64,000 nucleotides of DNA. Source: Escherichia coli. GTDB taxonomy: Bacteria > Pseudomonadota > Gammaproteobacteria > Enterobacterales > Enterobacteriaceae. Below, piece by piece: positions 45,690-56,422 of the stretch. Below the pieces are notes generated by a model. The model was not told the DNA's origin. It made no database searches and saw only the letters and a program-made list of their open reading frames with translations. The stretch's first letter is position 1. Each line of letters opens with the position of its first letter. The stretch lies in NCBI RefSeq assembly GCF_024223415.1, contig NZ_CP100500.1; one strand, 5' to 3'. The position numbers were made by a program, and so were the translations under genes.

Positions 45690-47116
45690 TGGCATTTGAT
45701 GATTTACGCAGCTTTTTACAGGCGCTTGATGACCACGGCCAGTTACTGAAAATCAGCGAAGAGGTGAACGCGGAACCGGATCTGGCTGCCGCTGCCAACG
45801 CCACCGGGCGTATCGGCGATGGTGCACCGGCGCTGTGGTTTGATAATATTCGCGGTTTTACCGATGCCCGCGTGGCGATGAATACCATCGGTTCCTGGCA
45901 GAACCACGCGATTTCCTTGGGCCTGCCGCCAAACACCCCGGTTAAAAAACAGATTGATGAGTTTATCCGCCGCTGGGATAACTTCCCGATCGCCCCGGAG
46001 CGCCGCGCCAATCCAGCCTGGGCGCAGAACACCGTCGATGGTGACGAGATTAATCTGTTCGATATCCTGCCGCTGTTTCGTTTAAACGACGGTGATGGCG
46101 GTTTCTATCTCGACAAAGCGTGCGTGGTTTCCCGCGATCCGCTCGACCCGGATAACTTCGGCAAGCAGAACGTCGGCATCTACCGCATGGAAGTGAAGGG
46201 CAAGCGTAAGCTCGGCCTGCAACCGGTGCCGATGCACGATATCGCCCTGCATCTGCATAAAGCAGAAGAGCGCGGTGAAGATCTACCGATTGCGATCACG
46301 CTCGGTAACGATCCGATCATCACGCTGATGGGCGCAACGCCACTGAAATACGATCAATCTGAGTACGAAATGGCAGGCGCGCTGCGTGAAAGCTCGTACC
46401 CGATCGCCACCGCCCCGCTGACCGGTTTTGATGTGCCGTGGGGTTCAGAAGTGATCCTCGAAGGGGTCATCGAAAGCCGTAAACGCGAAATCGAAGGGCC
46501 GTTCGGTGAGTTTACCGGACACTACTCCGGCGGGCGTAACATGACCGTGGTGCGCATCGATAAAGTCTCTTACCGCACCAGGCCGATTTTCGAATCGCTG
46601 TACCTCGGCATGCCGTGGACCGAAATCGACTACCTGATGGGGCCAGCCACCTGTGTGCCGCTGTATCAGCAACTGAAAGCCGAGTTCCCGGAAGTGCAGG
46701 CGGTAAACGCCATGTACACCCACGGCCTGCTGGCGATTATCTCCACCAAAAAACGCTACGGCGGCTTTGCCCGCGCGGTGGGCCTGCGTGCGATGACCAC
46801 GCCGCACGGTCTGGGCTACGTAAAGATGGTGATTATGGTCGATGAAGACGTTGACCCGTTCAACCTGCCGCAGGTGATGTGGGCGCTCTCCTCGAAAGTA
46901 AATCCGGCAGGGGATTTGGTGCAGTTGCCGAATATGTCCGTGCTGGAACTCGACCCTGGCTCAAGCCCGGCGGGGATCACCGACAAGCTGATTATCGACG
47001 CCACCACGCCTGTCGCCCCGGACAACTGTGGTCACTACAGCCAGCCGGTGGTGGATTTGCCGGAAACCAAAGCCTGGGCTGAAAAACTGACCGCTATGCT
47101 GGCTGCACGTAAATAA
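45689..47116 (+). CDS. UbiD-family (prenylated-FMN-dependent) aromatic acid decarboxylase, subunit C
   Basis: 475-aa ORF overlapping upstream stop; UbiD-family size and motifs. Confidence 0.85.
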   Translation: MAFDDLRSFLQALDDHGQLLKISEEVNAEPDLAAAANATGRIGDGAPALWFDNIRGFTDARVAMNTIGSWQNHAISLGLPPNTPVKKQIDEFIRRWDNFPIAPERRANPAWAQNTVDGDEINLFDILPLFRLNDGDGGFYLDKACVVSRDPLDPDNFGKQNVGIYRMEVKGKRKLGLQPVPMHDIALHLHKAEERGEDLPIAITLGNDPIITLMGATPLKYDQSEYEMAGALRESSYPIATAPLTGFDVPWGSEVILEGVIESRKREIEGPFGEFTGHYSGGRNMTVVRIDKVSYRTRPIFESLYLGMPWTEIDYLMGPATCVPLYQQLKAEFPEVQAVNAMYTHGLLAIISTKKRYGGFARAVGLRAMTTPHGLGYVKMVIMVDEDVDPFNLPQVMWALSSKVNPAGDLVQLPNMSVLELDPGSSPAGITDKLIIDATTPVAPDNCGHYSQPVVDLPETKAWAEKLTAMLAARK

Positions 47117-47126
47117 GGAGAACAAG

Positions 47127-47363
47127 ATGATTTGTCCACGTTGTGCCGATGAACAGATTGAAGTGATGGCGAAATCGCCGGTGAAAGATGTCTGGACGGT
47201 ATATCAGTGCCAGCATTGCCTTTATACCTGGCGCGATACCGAACCGCTGCGCCGTACCAGCCGCGAACATTACCCTGAAGCGTTCCGCATGACGCAGAAA
47301 GATATTGATGACGCGCCAATGGTGCCGAGCATCCCGCCGCTGCTGGCGGCAGATAAGCGCTAA
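47127..47363 (+). CDS. Small zinc-ribbon decarboxylase subunit D (BsdD/VdcD-like)
   Basis: 78-aa ORF with CPRC...CQHC four-Cys motif, immediately after the UbiD-like gene. Confidence 0.8.
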   Translation: MICPRCADEQIEVMAKSPVKDVWTVYQCQHCLYTWRDTEPLRRTSREHYPEAFRMTQKDIDDAPMVPSIPPLLAADKR

Positions 47364-47371
47364 TAAAAAGT

Positions 47372-47400
47372 GCCGGGTAGTGGCTTTGCTTTACCCGGCC
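47372..47400. terminator. Hairpin between convergent decarboxylase operon and pphB (gccgggta...tacccggc)
   Basis: 8-bp stem with 12-nt loop, flanked by A/T-rich sequence on both sides. Confidence 0.55.
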
Positions 47401-47403
47401 TCA

Positions 47404-48060
47404 TTACTTTATTTTATAAAATGACAGCCGCCCGCTTTTCGGCGATCCGGTATCAATATAAATCTGGTTAGCGAACGTCTGAATGTTATCAAACATCATA
47501 TGTCCAAATATAAAATAATCAGCGCCGTTTATTTGTTGTAACTCGCCATTAAGCGATTTCTGCACACGATCAACAGGCCAGAGTAATTCGCTCTCCGCTA
47601 TTTCTTTACCAAAGAGATATTCACTCCCCGGATAATCTGCATGTGCGATGACATATTTTATATTGTCGTTAGTGATTTCAATAATATGTGGAAGGTGATG
47701 GAATTTCAGCAACAGATCTGTAGCTTCTTTTTGCTCTGAATCATTTAAATCGAAAAACCAGTCACCACCGCTGGCAAGCCACATATTTCCATCGCCAGTT
47801 TCGAATGCATCAAGCGCCATCGCTTCGTGGTTGCCTTTAACGGAGATAAACCAGGGCTGGTTTAGCAGGCGCAGGACGTTAAGACTCTCCGGCCCACGAT
47901 CAATATTATCGCCGACAGAAATAAGTAAGTCGGTTTCGGGGAAAAAAGAGAGTTGATGTAAGCGGGATTGTAATAACTGATATTCACCATGAATATCACC
48001 AACGACCCATATATGGCGATAGTGATGGGCATTGATTTTTTGATAGCGTGTAGATGGCAT
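47404..48060 (-). CDS. pphB: Serine/threonine protein phosphatase 2
   Basis: 218-aa ORF; metallophosphatase motifs GDIHG, GDNIDRG, GNHE. Confidence 0.93.
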   Translation of the reverse strand: MPSTRYQKINAHHYRHIWVVGDIHGEYQLLQSRLHQLSFFPETDLLISVGDNIDRGPESLNVLRLLNQPWFISVKGNHEAMALDAFETGDGNMWLASGGDWFFDLNDSEQKEATDLLLKFHHLPHIIEITNDNIKYVIAHADYPGSEYLFGKEIAESELLWPVDRVQKSLNGELQQINGADYFIFGHMMFDNIQTFANQIYIDTGSPKSGRLSFYKIK

Positions 48061-48165
48061 GGTTTTACCCTGTAAAATAAGCTTTCCTATTATACAGGGT
48101 ATTTTTATTTGATTCGTCAGTTATCGTTAATATTCCCGATAGCAAAAGACTATCGGGAATTATTA

Positions 48166-50727
48166 TTACACCAGACTCTTCAGGCGATAAATCCATTCCA
48201 GCGCCTGACGCGGGGTGAGTGAATCTGGATCGAGGTTTTCCAGTGCCTCGACCGCAGGCGAGGTTTCTTCCGGTACGGACAGCAAAGACATTTGTGTACC
48301 ATCCACTTGCGTAGCGGCGGCGTTCGGTGAAATGCTTTCCAGCTCACGCAGTTTCTGCCGCGCGCGTTTGATCACCTCTTTTGGCACGCCGGCCAGAGCT
48401 GCAACCGCCAGGCCGTAGCTTTTGCTCGCCGCGCCATCCTGCACGCTATGCATAAAGGCAATGGTGTCGCCGTGCTCCAGTGCATCGAGATGCACGTTGG
48501 CGACGCCTTCCATTTTCTCCGGTAACTGGGTCAGCTCGAAATAGTGGGTAGCAAACAGCGTCAATGCCTTAATCTTATTCGCCAGATTTTCCGCGCACGC
48601 CCATGCCAGTGACAGACCATCGTAAGTGGACGTTCCACGCCCGATCTCATCCATTAACACCAGACTGTATTCGGTGGCGTTATGTAAAATATTGGCGGTT
48701 TCAGTCATCTCCACCATAAAGGTTGAGCGCCCGGAAGCCAGGTCATCTGCCGCGCCTACGCGGGTAAAGATGCGATCGATAGGTCCAATCTCGACTTTTT
48801 GTGCCGGTACATAGCTGCCGATGTAGGCCATCAGCGCAATCAGTGCGGTCTGGCGCATATAGGTACTTTTACCGCCCATGTTCGGGCCGGTAATAATCAA
48901 CATCCGGCGCTGCGGTGACAGATTCAGCGGGTTGGCGATAAATGGCTCGTTCAGCACCTGTTCAACCACCGGATGGCGGCCTTCGGTAATGCGAATGCCC
49001 GGTTTATCAATAAAGGTCGGGCAGGTGTAGTTCAGGGTATAGGCCCGTTCCGCCAGGTTCACCAGCACGTCGAGTTCCGCCAGCGCGCTCGCGCTCTGTT
49101 GCAACGCTTCCAGATGCGGCAACAGCAGGTCGAACAACTCTTCATAAAGCTGTTTTTCCAGTGCCAGTGCTTTGCCTTTTGAAGTGAGGACTTTATCTTC
49201 GTACTCTTTTAGCTCTGGAATGATGTAGCGCTCGGCGTTTTTCAGCGTCTGGCGACGCATATAGTTGATAGGTGCCAGATGGCTTTGCCCACGGCTGATT
49301 TGAATGTAGTAGCCGTGCACCGCATTAAAGCCAACTTTTAGCGTGTCCAGGCCGGTACGTTCACGCTCGCGGACTTCCAGACGCTCCAGATAATCGGTCG
49401 CGCCGTCAGCCAGCGCGCGCCACTCATCCAGCTCTTCGTTATAGCCTGATGCGATAACACCACCGTCGCGTACCAGCACCGGCGGTGTGTCGATGATTGC
49501 TCGCTCCAGCAGATCGCGCAGCTCGGCAAACTCGCCCATCTTCTCACGTAGCGCCTGTACTGGTGCACTATCAACAGTTTCTAACTGCGCACGCAGCTCC
49601 GGCAGTTGCTGGAAAGCGTGACGCATACGGGCCAGATCGCGTGGGCGAGCGGTACGCAACGCCAGACGCGCCAGAATACGTTCCAGGTCGCCGACCTGAC
49701 GTAGTACCGGCTGCAACTCGGCGGTGAAATCCTGCAATGCGCCAATAGTTTGCTGGCGCTCAAGCAACACGCGGGTATCGCGCACTGGCATATGCAGCCA
49801 GCGTTTCAGCATACGGCTGCCCATCGGCGTGACGGTGCAGTCGAGCACAGAAGCCAGCGTATTTTCCGCACCACCCGCCAGATTCTGGGTGATTTCCAGA
49901 TTACGACGCGTCGCGGCATCCATAATGATGCTGTCCTGCTCACGTTCCATGGTGATGGAACGAATATGCGGCAGAGTCGTACGTTGGGTATCTTTCGCAT
50001 ACTGCAACAGACAACCGGCAGCACAAAGTCCGCGCGGCGCGTTCTCGACGCCAAAACCGACCAGATCGCGAGTGCCAAATTGCAGATTCAACTGCTGGCG
50101 CGCGGTGTCGATTTCAAACTCCCACAGCGGGCGACGGCGCAGGCCGCGACGGCCTTCAATTAACGACATTTCAGCAAAATCTTCTGCATACAGCAGTTCC
50201 GCAGGATTAGTGCGTTGCAGTTCTGCCGCCATCGTTTCCCGGTCAGCCGGTTCGCTCAGGCGAAAACGACCGGAACTGATATCCAGCGTCGCGTAGCCGA
50301 AACCTTTGCTGTCCTGCCAGATAGCCGCCAGCAGGTTGTCCTGACGCTCCTGCAACAGGGCTTCATCGCTGATGGTGCCTGGCGTAACGATACGCACAAC
50401 TTTGCGCTCAACCGGACCTTTGCTGGTCGCCGGATCGCCAATTTGTTCGCAGATGGCAACGGACTCGCCCTGATTCACCAGTTTGGCGAGGTAGTTTTCC
50501 ACCGCATGATAGGGGATCCCCGCCATCGGGATCGGCTCTCCCGCTGAAGCACCGCGTTTGGTCAGTGAAATATCCAGCAGTTGCGATGCGCGTTTTGCGT
50601 CGTCATAAAACAGTTCATAAAAATCACCCATCCGGTAAAACAGCAGGATCTCGGGATGCTGGGCTTTCAGCTTGAGATACTGCTGCATCATGGGCGTATG
50701 GGCGTCGAAATTTTCTATTGCACTCAT
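48166..50727 (-). CDS. mutS: DNA mismatch repair protein MutS
   Basis: 853-aa ORF; Walker [10 protein letters not shown]; full length. Confidence 0.98.
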
Positions 50728-51013
50728 GGGGTTATGTCCGGTTCCCTGATATTAAATGGGGTGTGATGGTTTTTATTTTCGTTGTAATCACATAAGGCGC
50801 ACATGATACCGGAGTTAATCATTTCAGGGGAAGAAGCGAACGGCGAGTTCTTGATGCTGGTTCCGGGAAAGATGCTGTTTTGCAGCTTTTGCGTGATGCT
50901 TATGAAGCAAGTACGCAAAATTGCGTCGGTTGAATAAACCTCCTCCTTCAGAGCCATAGTCCCCTTTGAAATTAAGTTGTAGTATAAATACACCTTAAGA
51001 GTATGGAGGCAGC

Positions 51014-51358
51014 ATGTCCGGCAAGCGTATCTCTCGTGAAAAACTGACGATTAAAAAAATGATCGATCTTTATCAAGCGAAATGCCCGCAGGCGTCAGCG
51101 GAGCCGGAGCATTACGACGCGCTGTTTGCCTACGCGCAAAAGCGGCTGGATAAATGTGTGTTCGGCGAAGAGAAACCAGCCTGTAAGCAGTGTCCGGTGC
51201 ACTGTTACCAGCCTGCAAAGCGTGAAGAGATGAAACAGATTATGCGTTGGGCCGGGCCGAGAATGCTGTGGCGTCATCCGATCTTAACCGTGCGTCATCT
51301 CATCGATGACAAGCGTCCGGTGCCGGAGTTGCCAGAAAAATATCGTCCAAAGAAATAA
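51014..51358 (+). CDS. ygbA: Nitrous-oxide-stimulated-promoter family protein YgbA (Cys-rich)
   Basis: 114-aa ORF; synteny next to mutS. Confidence 0.85.
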   Translation: MSGKRISREKLTIKKMIDLYQAKCPQASAEPEHYDALFAYAQKRLDKCVFGEEKPACKQCPVHCYQPAKREEMKQIMRWAGPRMLWRHPILTVRHLIDDKRPVPELPEKYRPKK

Positions 51359-51362
51359 ATCT

Positions 51363-51385
51363 GCCGGAGAGCCATACTCTCCGGC
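51363..51385. terminator. Hairpin between convergent ygbA and TOBE gene (gccggagag-ccata-ctctccggc)
   Basis: Perfect 9-bp stem, 5-nt loop; read directly. Confidence 0.6.
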
Positions 51386-51396
51386 AAATAAGGCGT

Positions 51397-51825
51397 TTAC
51401 GCTTTGGTGGCAATCAGGATGGCTGATGCTTTGATCAATGCAATAACGCGTGAGCCAGTGGTGAGTTTCATTTCATCCTGACTTTCATTTGTTACCACTG
51501 CCACAATTTCAAAACCCGCATCCGTTTTGATATGGACAGTGGCGTTCACTGCGCCTTCGGTGATTGTCGACACGCTGCCAGCAAACTGGTTGCGAGCAGA
51601 GAATTTCAGTCCACAGTCTTCCGTTGCCAGCGTTACCCACGGGGCTTTAATCAGGGCAATCGCTTCTTTCCCTTTCGCCAGACCCAGAGCCTGCTGGCTG
51701 CTGTGAGTCACAATTGCCACCAGCTTTGCACCACCTGCCAGCGTCAGTTCTAATTCGTCATTCACCGCGCCCATTGCTACTGCGCTAACTGTTCCGGTTA
51801 ATTGATTTCTTGCTGAAACTGCCAT
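51397..51825 (-). CDS. Tandem TOBE-domain (Mop/ModG-like) molybdate/tungstate-binding protein
   Basis: ORF 51397-51864; preferred ATG 51825 (AAAGGAGG RBS), ~142 aa; two ~70-aa repeats each starting SARNQ.(T/A)G.VS. Confidence 0.8.
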   Translation of the reverse strand: MAVSARNQLTGTVSAVAMGAVNDELELTLAGGAKLVAIVTHSSQQALGLAKGKEAIALIKAPWVTLATEDCGLKFSARNQFAGSVSTITEGAVNATVHIKTDAGFEIVAVVTNESQDEMKLTTGSRVIALIKASAILIATKA

Positions 51826-51869
51826 ACTGCCTCCTTTCATTGAATGTTGATCGAGTATAACCACATCTG

Positions 51870-53948
51870 TTAAATCAATGCCGATTTATCAATTCCCAGT
51901 CGCTTCATCCGTGACAGCAGGGTCGTGCGTTTCAGCCCCAGACGTTGCGCAGCGCCTTTAGGCCCGGCAACCACGCCGTTAGTTTCTTTCAGCACGCGAA
52001 CAATCAACTGATATTCATCTTCGCCCTCCTGAGCGACAACCGTTGCGGCAGGCGGCGTTTCAGGCTCCGGTAAAGCAATATCTGGCAATGACAGCTGCAG
52101 CACGTTGCCGCGTGTTAGCAATACCGCGCGCTCAATGACGTTTTCCAGTTCGCGTACGTTACCCGGCCACTCCATATTGCTCAAGGTGCGCAACGTCTCG
52201 GCAGGAATGCTGTCGATATTGCGCCCCAGACGACGGGCAATTTTGAAGGTAAAGGCTTTCGCCAGCAGCGGAATATCTTCCGGACGCTCGCGTAGTGGCG
52301 GAAGGTGAATCGGGAATACGTTCAGGCGGTAATAGAGATCGCTACGGAACTCACGGTCGGCGACCATTTTTTTCAGATCGCGGTTAGTCGCGGCGATTAG
52401 ACGCACGTCCGTCTGAATGATTTTGTTGCTGCCGAGGCGTTCAAACTCCTGTTCCTGCAATACACGCAGCAACTTCGGCTGTAACTCCAGTGGCATATCG
52501 CCCACTTCGTCGAGGAACAGGGAGCTTTTATCCGCCAGTTCAAAACGACCAATGCGCTGGGCGCTGGCACCAGTAAAAGCCCCACGTTCATGACCAAACA
52601 GATCGCTCTCCAGCAATCCGGCAGGCATCGCCGCGCAGTTCATTTTGACCATGCGGCGATTATTACGCCCACTGAGATTATGGATAGCACGGGCAATCAG
52701 CTCTTTACCCGTGCCAGTTTCACCGAGGATCAGCACGGTACTGTCACTTTGCGCCACCATTTCAACTTGTTTAAGCACGCTGTACATGGCTTCGCTGCGG
52801 CCAATAATCTCGCCAAATTCACTATCAACATTGTTGAGCTGCTCGGTCAGGGCGAGGTTTTCATCAACCAGCCGTTCTTTCAGACGATGGATTTCCTGAT
52901 AGGCGAGGGCGTTATCGACAGCGATTGCCACACGTTCGGCAATCTGGCGCAGTAAATTCAGATTGGTAGTGGTAAACACTTTCTCTTCACATTGCGCCAG
53001 TTTCAGCACGCCCAGCATGGTGTCGCCAGACATCAGCGGTAACAGGCACAAGGTTTGAATCTGGTTGCCCCAGGTGTCGAACAACATGCGTTCGTAGGGG
53101 GCTAAATTATCTCGTTCGTGGAGATTGATCAGCAGCATCTCTTTACTTTTGAACACGCGTTCGGTGAGGGTTCCGGCTTCATCGACTTCGCTCTGTTCGT
53201 GGGCGGGATGTTGTTTATCAAGATAGTGAGTGGAGTAGATGTTGAGTTTGTTTTTACGGTGGCTGCGTAAGACAATGCTGATATCGTCAATGTCGAAATA
53301 GTAATGGATTTCTTTGGCGACTTCGCTGACCAGTTCGTCCATATCCAGGCGGGAAAGCACCGCGTTGGTGATGGCGACCAGGATGCGGAAGTTATCGCGT
53401 TCCCGGCATAACAACTCATAGTCGACATTGTTAACGACGCGACTCTGGATTTGTTCGGTGACGACAGAAACGATCTGCGTAAATGTTTGCAGACGATTGA
53501 ACTCTTTTTCGCTCCAGGGGCGATCGTCATAACGAATAAATTCACAGCCACCAAAAATATGCCCTTCCGCCGCCAGTGGCATCAGGCAATAGTGACCAAA
53601 TTTGGGGTATAGCCCACCTGCGGCCAGCTGCGGCCAGGTTTCACAAAATTCTTCGTAACTGCAATGCAGCGTATCAGGGCGCGACAAAATGCTGCGTACC
53701 GGACCGTGTGCCAGAACAGTTTCGTCTTCATATTTAATGGGGGTGTCTTTTTCACGCGATGCGTAATAAGACGCACGTTGAGTCTGCGCTTGCCACAACA
53801 CAATAGCCGCGTTGTCGGCGAGCGCAGAACGCTTTACCAGTTGCGAAAGAGCCTCACACAGCGAGGCCAGATCGGGCTGCTGCAATAGTGTCCGAGTGAT
53901 GTCGAACAACCCTTGCTGTCCGAGATCACTCATCGGTGTATATGACAT
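51870..53948 (-). CDS. fhlA: Formate hydrogenlyase transcriptional activator (sigma-54-dependent)
   Basis: ORF-track start 53984; preferred ATG 53948 (MSYTPMSDLGQQ...) giving 692 aa; AAA+ sigma-54 activator motifs (GETGTGKE, GAFTGA). Confidence 0.96.
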   Translation of the reverse strand: MSYTPMSDLGQQGLFDITRTLLQQPDLASLCEALSQLVKRSALADNAAIVLWQAQTQRASYYASREKDTPIKYEDETVLAHGPVRSILSRPDTLHCSYEEFCETWPQLAAGGLYPKFGHYCLMPLAAEGHIFGGCEFIRYDDRPWSEKEFNRLQTFTQIVSVVTEQIQSRVVNNVDYELLCRERDNFRILVAITNAVLSRLDMDELVSEVAKEIHYYFDIDDISIVLRSHRKNKLNIYSTHYLDKQHPAHEQSEVDEAGTLTERVFKSKEMLLINLHERDNLAPYERMLFDTWGNQIQTLCLLPLMSGDTMLGVLKLAQCEEKVFTTTNLNLLRQIAERVAIAVDNALAYQEIHRLKERLVDENLALTEQLNNVDSEFGEIIGRSEAMYSVLKQVEMVAQSDSTVLILGETGTGKELIARAIHNLSGRNNRRMVKMNCAAMPAGLLESDLFGHERGAFTGASAQRIGRFELADKSSLFLDEVGDMPLELQPKLLRVLQEQEFERLGSNKIIQTDVRLIAATNRDLKKMVADREFRSDLYYRLNVFPIHLPPLRERPEDIPLLAKAFTFKIARRLGRNIDSIPAETLRTLSNMEWPGNVRELENVIERAVLLTRGNVLQLSLPDIALPEPETPPAATVVAQEGEDEYQLIVRVLKETNGVVAGPKGAAQRLGLKRTTLLSRMKRLGIDKSALI

Positions 53949-54021
53949 TTTGTTCTTCCAGGAAAGCACCGCAAAGCGGTGCAAAAGGTCATTGACTAAC
54001 TATAGGAGATTTAGAATTTTA

Positions 54022-55032
54022 TTAGCATATACGCGGAAGCGGTTCGGCGTGTGGTAAATCGAGGGTTCGTTTCACGCCATACAGACCGGCAAGACGAACA
54101 CCTTTACGTTCCACCACTTCACCAATCAGCGCCGCGTCTTTCCCCAGTGGATGGGAATGTAACGCTACCAGCACTTGCTCTGCCGCGTTGCGTTCAACGG
54201 CGATCACCAGTTTGCCTTCGTTGGCAAAGTTCAGGGCGTCCAGTCCCAGCAGTTCGCAAACGCCGCGCACGGCAGGTTTAACCGGCAGCGCTGATTCAGA
54301 AATTTCAATACCGCAACCGCAGGCTGCCGCGAACTCATGAACCACCGCGTTTACACCACCACGGGTGGCATCACGCAGCGCTTTCACGCCGGGAATGTCA
54401 CGCAGCGTCTGAATAAGCGGCGTCAGCACCGCGCAGTCGCTGACCAGTTCGCCATCCAGCCCCAGCTGCTCACGCAGGTTAAGGATAGTCGCCCCGTGGT
54501 CGCCGAGTGTACCGCTAACCAGCAATACATCGCCTGCGGTTAGCGTCTGTGCGCCCCAGTGAATATTCGCCGGAATTGCGCCCATGCCCGCGGTGTTGAT
54601 AAACAGTTTATCTGCCGCGCCGCGCTGCACCACTTTAGTATCGCCAGTAACGATGGCAATGCCTGCCGTGCGGGCGGTTTCTGCCATGCTGGTCACTACG
54701 GCTTTCAGTGTCTCCATCGGCAATCCTTCTTCGAGGATAAAGCCACAGGAGAGATAGCGCGGAATAGCGCCACTGACCGCAACGTCATTGGCGGTGCCGC
54801 AAATCGCCAGCTTGCCGATATTACCGCCAGGGAAGAACAGCGGGTCAATAACGTAACTGTCGGTGGAGAACGCCAGACGGTCGCCTTCCGCTACCAGTTG
54901 CGCCAGATCAAGACGTGCCTGATCTTCCTGCTCTGCCAGCCACGGGTTGGCAAAGGCTTCCATAAACAGGCTGTTGATTAATTGCTGCATCGCCTGGCCG
55001 CCGCTGCCGTGGGCGAGTTGGATATTATTCAC
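54022..55032 (-). CDS. hypE: Hydrogenase maturation carbamoyl dehydratase HypE
   Basis: 336-aa ORF; AIR-synthase-like fold; C-terminal ...PRIC. Confidence 0.95.
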   Translation of the reverse strand: MNNIQLAHGSGGQAMQQLINSLFMEAFANPWLAEQEDQARLDLAQLVAEGDRLAFSTDSYVIDPLFFPGGNIGKLAICGTANDVAVSGAIPRYLSCGFILEEGLPMETLKAVVTSMAETARTAGIAIVTGDTKVVQRGAADKLFINTAGMGAIPANIHWGAQTLTAGDVLLVSGTLGDHGATILNLREQLGLDGELVSDCAVLTPLIQTLRDIPGVKALRDATRGGVNAVVHEFAAACGCGIEISESALPVKPAVRGVCELLGLDALNFANEGKLVIAVERNAAEQVLVALHSHPLGKDAALIGEVVERKGVRLAGLYGVKRTLDLPHAEPLPRIC

Positions 55033-56150
55033 GCTTCACTCTCCTGCTGACGATACTGATACCACGCGGCGCACGCTCCTTCGGAGGAAACCATCAGCGC
55101 ACCAAACGCGGTTTGAGGATTACAGGTGTTACCAAACAGCGGGCATTGATGCGGCTTACATTTGCCCGTCAAGACTTCGCCACAACGCGCGCGCGGGTCA
55201 TCGCAGACCTGCTGCGGTGCCGGGCGGAAATGTGCTTCGGCATCGAATCGTTGATAATCCGGCGTCAGGTGCACGCCAGAAGATTCAATCACGCCTAAGC
55301 CGCGCCATTCGCTGTCGCCGTTGACACAGAACACATCGGCAATCGCCTGTTGCGCCAGCAGGTTACCGGCATCCGGTACCACCCGACGATACTGATTCTC
55401 TACCTTGCTGTGGGCCGCTATTTTCTGCTCCACCAGCATCACCACGCCTTGCAGTAGATCAAGGGGTTCGAAACCAGCGACCACCAGCGGACGATGAAAA
55501 TCGCTGGCGATAAAATTATAGGCATCAGTGCCGATAACCATACTAACGTGGCCCGGCGCGAGGAACGCGTCGATACCGTTATCCGGCTGTTCCAGCAAAC
55601 TGCGCAGCGTCGGGATAAGCGTAATGTGCTGGCAGAAGAAGTAAAAATTCTGCACATCACGCGCTTTCGCCTGTTGCAGAGTGATGGCGGTGGTCGGCAT
55701 GGTGGTTTCAAAACCTAAGCCGAAGAACACCACTTTGCGGGTTGGATTCTCCTGCGCCAGTTTCAACGCATCCATCGGCGAATAGACGATGCGCACATCG
55801 GCACCGCGTGCTTTTGCCTGCAACAGCGATCCCTGTTTCCCCGGCACGCGCATGGCGTCGCCAAAGGTACAGAAGATGACTTCCGGATGGCTGGCAATCT
55901 CCACGCAGGTGTCGATTCTGCCCATCGGCAGTACGCACACCGGGCAACCCGGACCGTGGATAAACTCAACGTTTTCAGGCAGTAACTGGTCGAGGCCGAA
56001 TTTAAAAATGGCGTGGGTATGACCACCGCACACTTCCATAATCCGCAGAGGGCGTTCGGCGGTGTAAGAGAGATGTGAAGCACGTTCGCGCAGATGCTCA
56101 ATTAACTGCATCACCTGTTCCGGCGCGCGATATTCATCAACAAAACGCAT
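55029..56150 (-). CDS. hypD: Hydrogenase maturation factor HypD
   Basis: 373-aa ORF; Cys motifs (CGGH, GPGCPVC). Confidence 0.95.
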   Translation of the reverse strand: MRFVDEYRAPEQVMQLIEHLRERASHLSYTAERPLRIMEVCGGHTHAIFKFGLDQLLPENVEFIHGPGCPVCVLPMGRIDTCVEIASHPEVIFCTFGDAMRVPGKQGSLLQAKARGADVRIVYSPMDALKLAQENPTRKVVFFGLGFETTMPTTAITLQQAKARDVQNFYFFCQHITLIPTLRSLLEQPDNGIDAFLAPGHVSMVIGTDAYNFIASDFHRPLVVAGFEPLDLLQGVVMLVEQKIAAHSKVENQYRRVVPDAGNLLAQQAIADVFCVNGDSEWRGLGVIESSGVHLTPDYQRFDAEAHFRPAPQQVCDDPRARCGEVLTGKCKPHQCPLFGNTCNPQTAFGALMVSSEGACAAWYQYRQQESEA

Positions 56151-56422
56151 TATTTTTCCTCGCCATACAACAGCGCGCCGACATCCGGCTCAACGTCAAA
56201 CATGTTTTGTAAGGCGTCGAGAGTGTCGCGTGCTTCGGCTTCATTAATTACGCTCATGGCAAAGCCAACGTGTACCAGTACCCACTGGCCCACGCGCGGC
56301 TGACCGTTTTCATCGCAGCTGCCGACTAACGTTAAATCGACATCGCGCTGAATGCCGCAGATGTCGACTTTCGCCTGGTTGCCGTCAATGGTGCGGATCT
56401 GGCCGGGAACGCCTATGCACAT
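56150..56422 (-). CDS. hypC: Hydrogenase maturation chaperone HypC
   Basis: ORF-track start 56449; preferred ATG 56422 ([12 protein letters not shown]) giving 90 aa. Confidence 0.93.
   Translation of the reverse strand: MCIGVPGQIRTIDGNQAKVDICGIQRDVDLTLVGSCDENGQPRVGQWVLVHVGFAMSVINEAEARDTLDALQNMFDVEPDVGALLYGEEK

Noticed and set aside
50724-50993. 89-aa minus-strand ORF in the mutS-ygbA intergenic region
   Set aside because: It overlaps the mutS start region and promoter; low-complexity composition and no RBS; probably spurious, though a small protein cannot be excluded.
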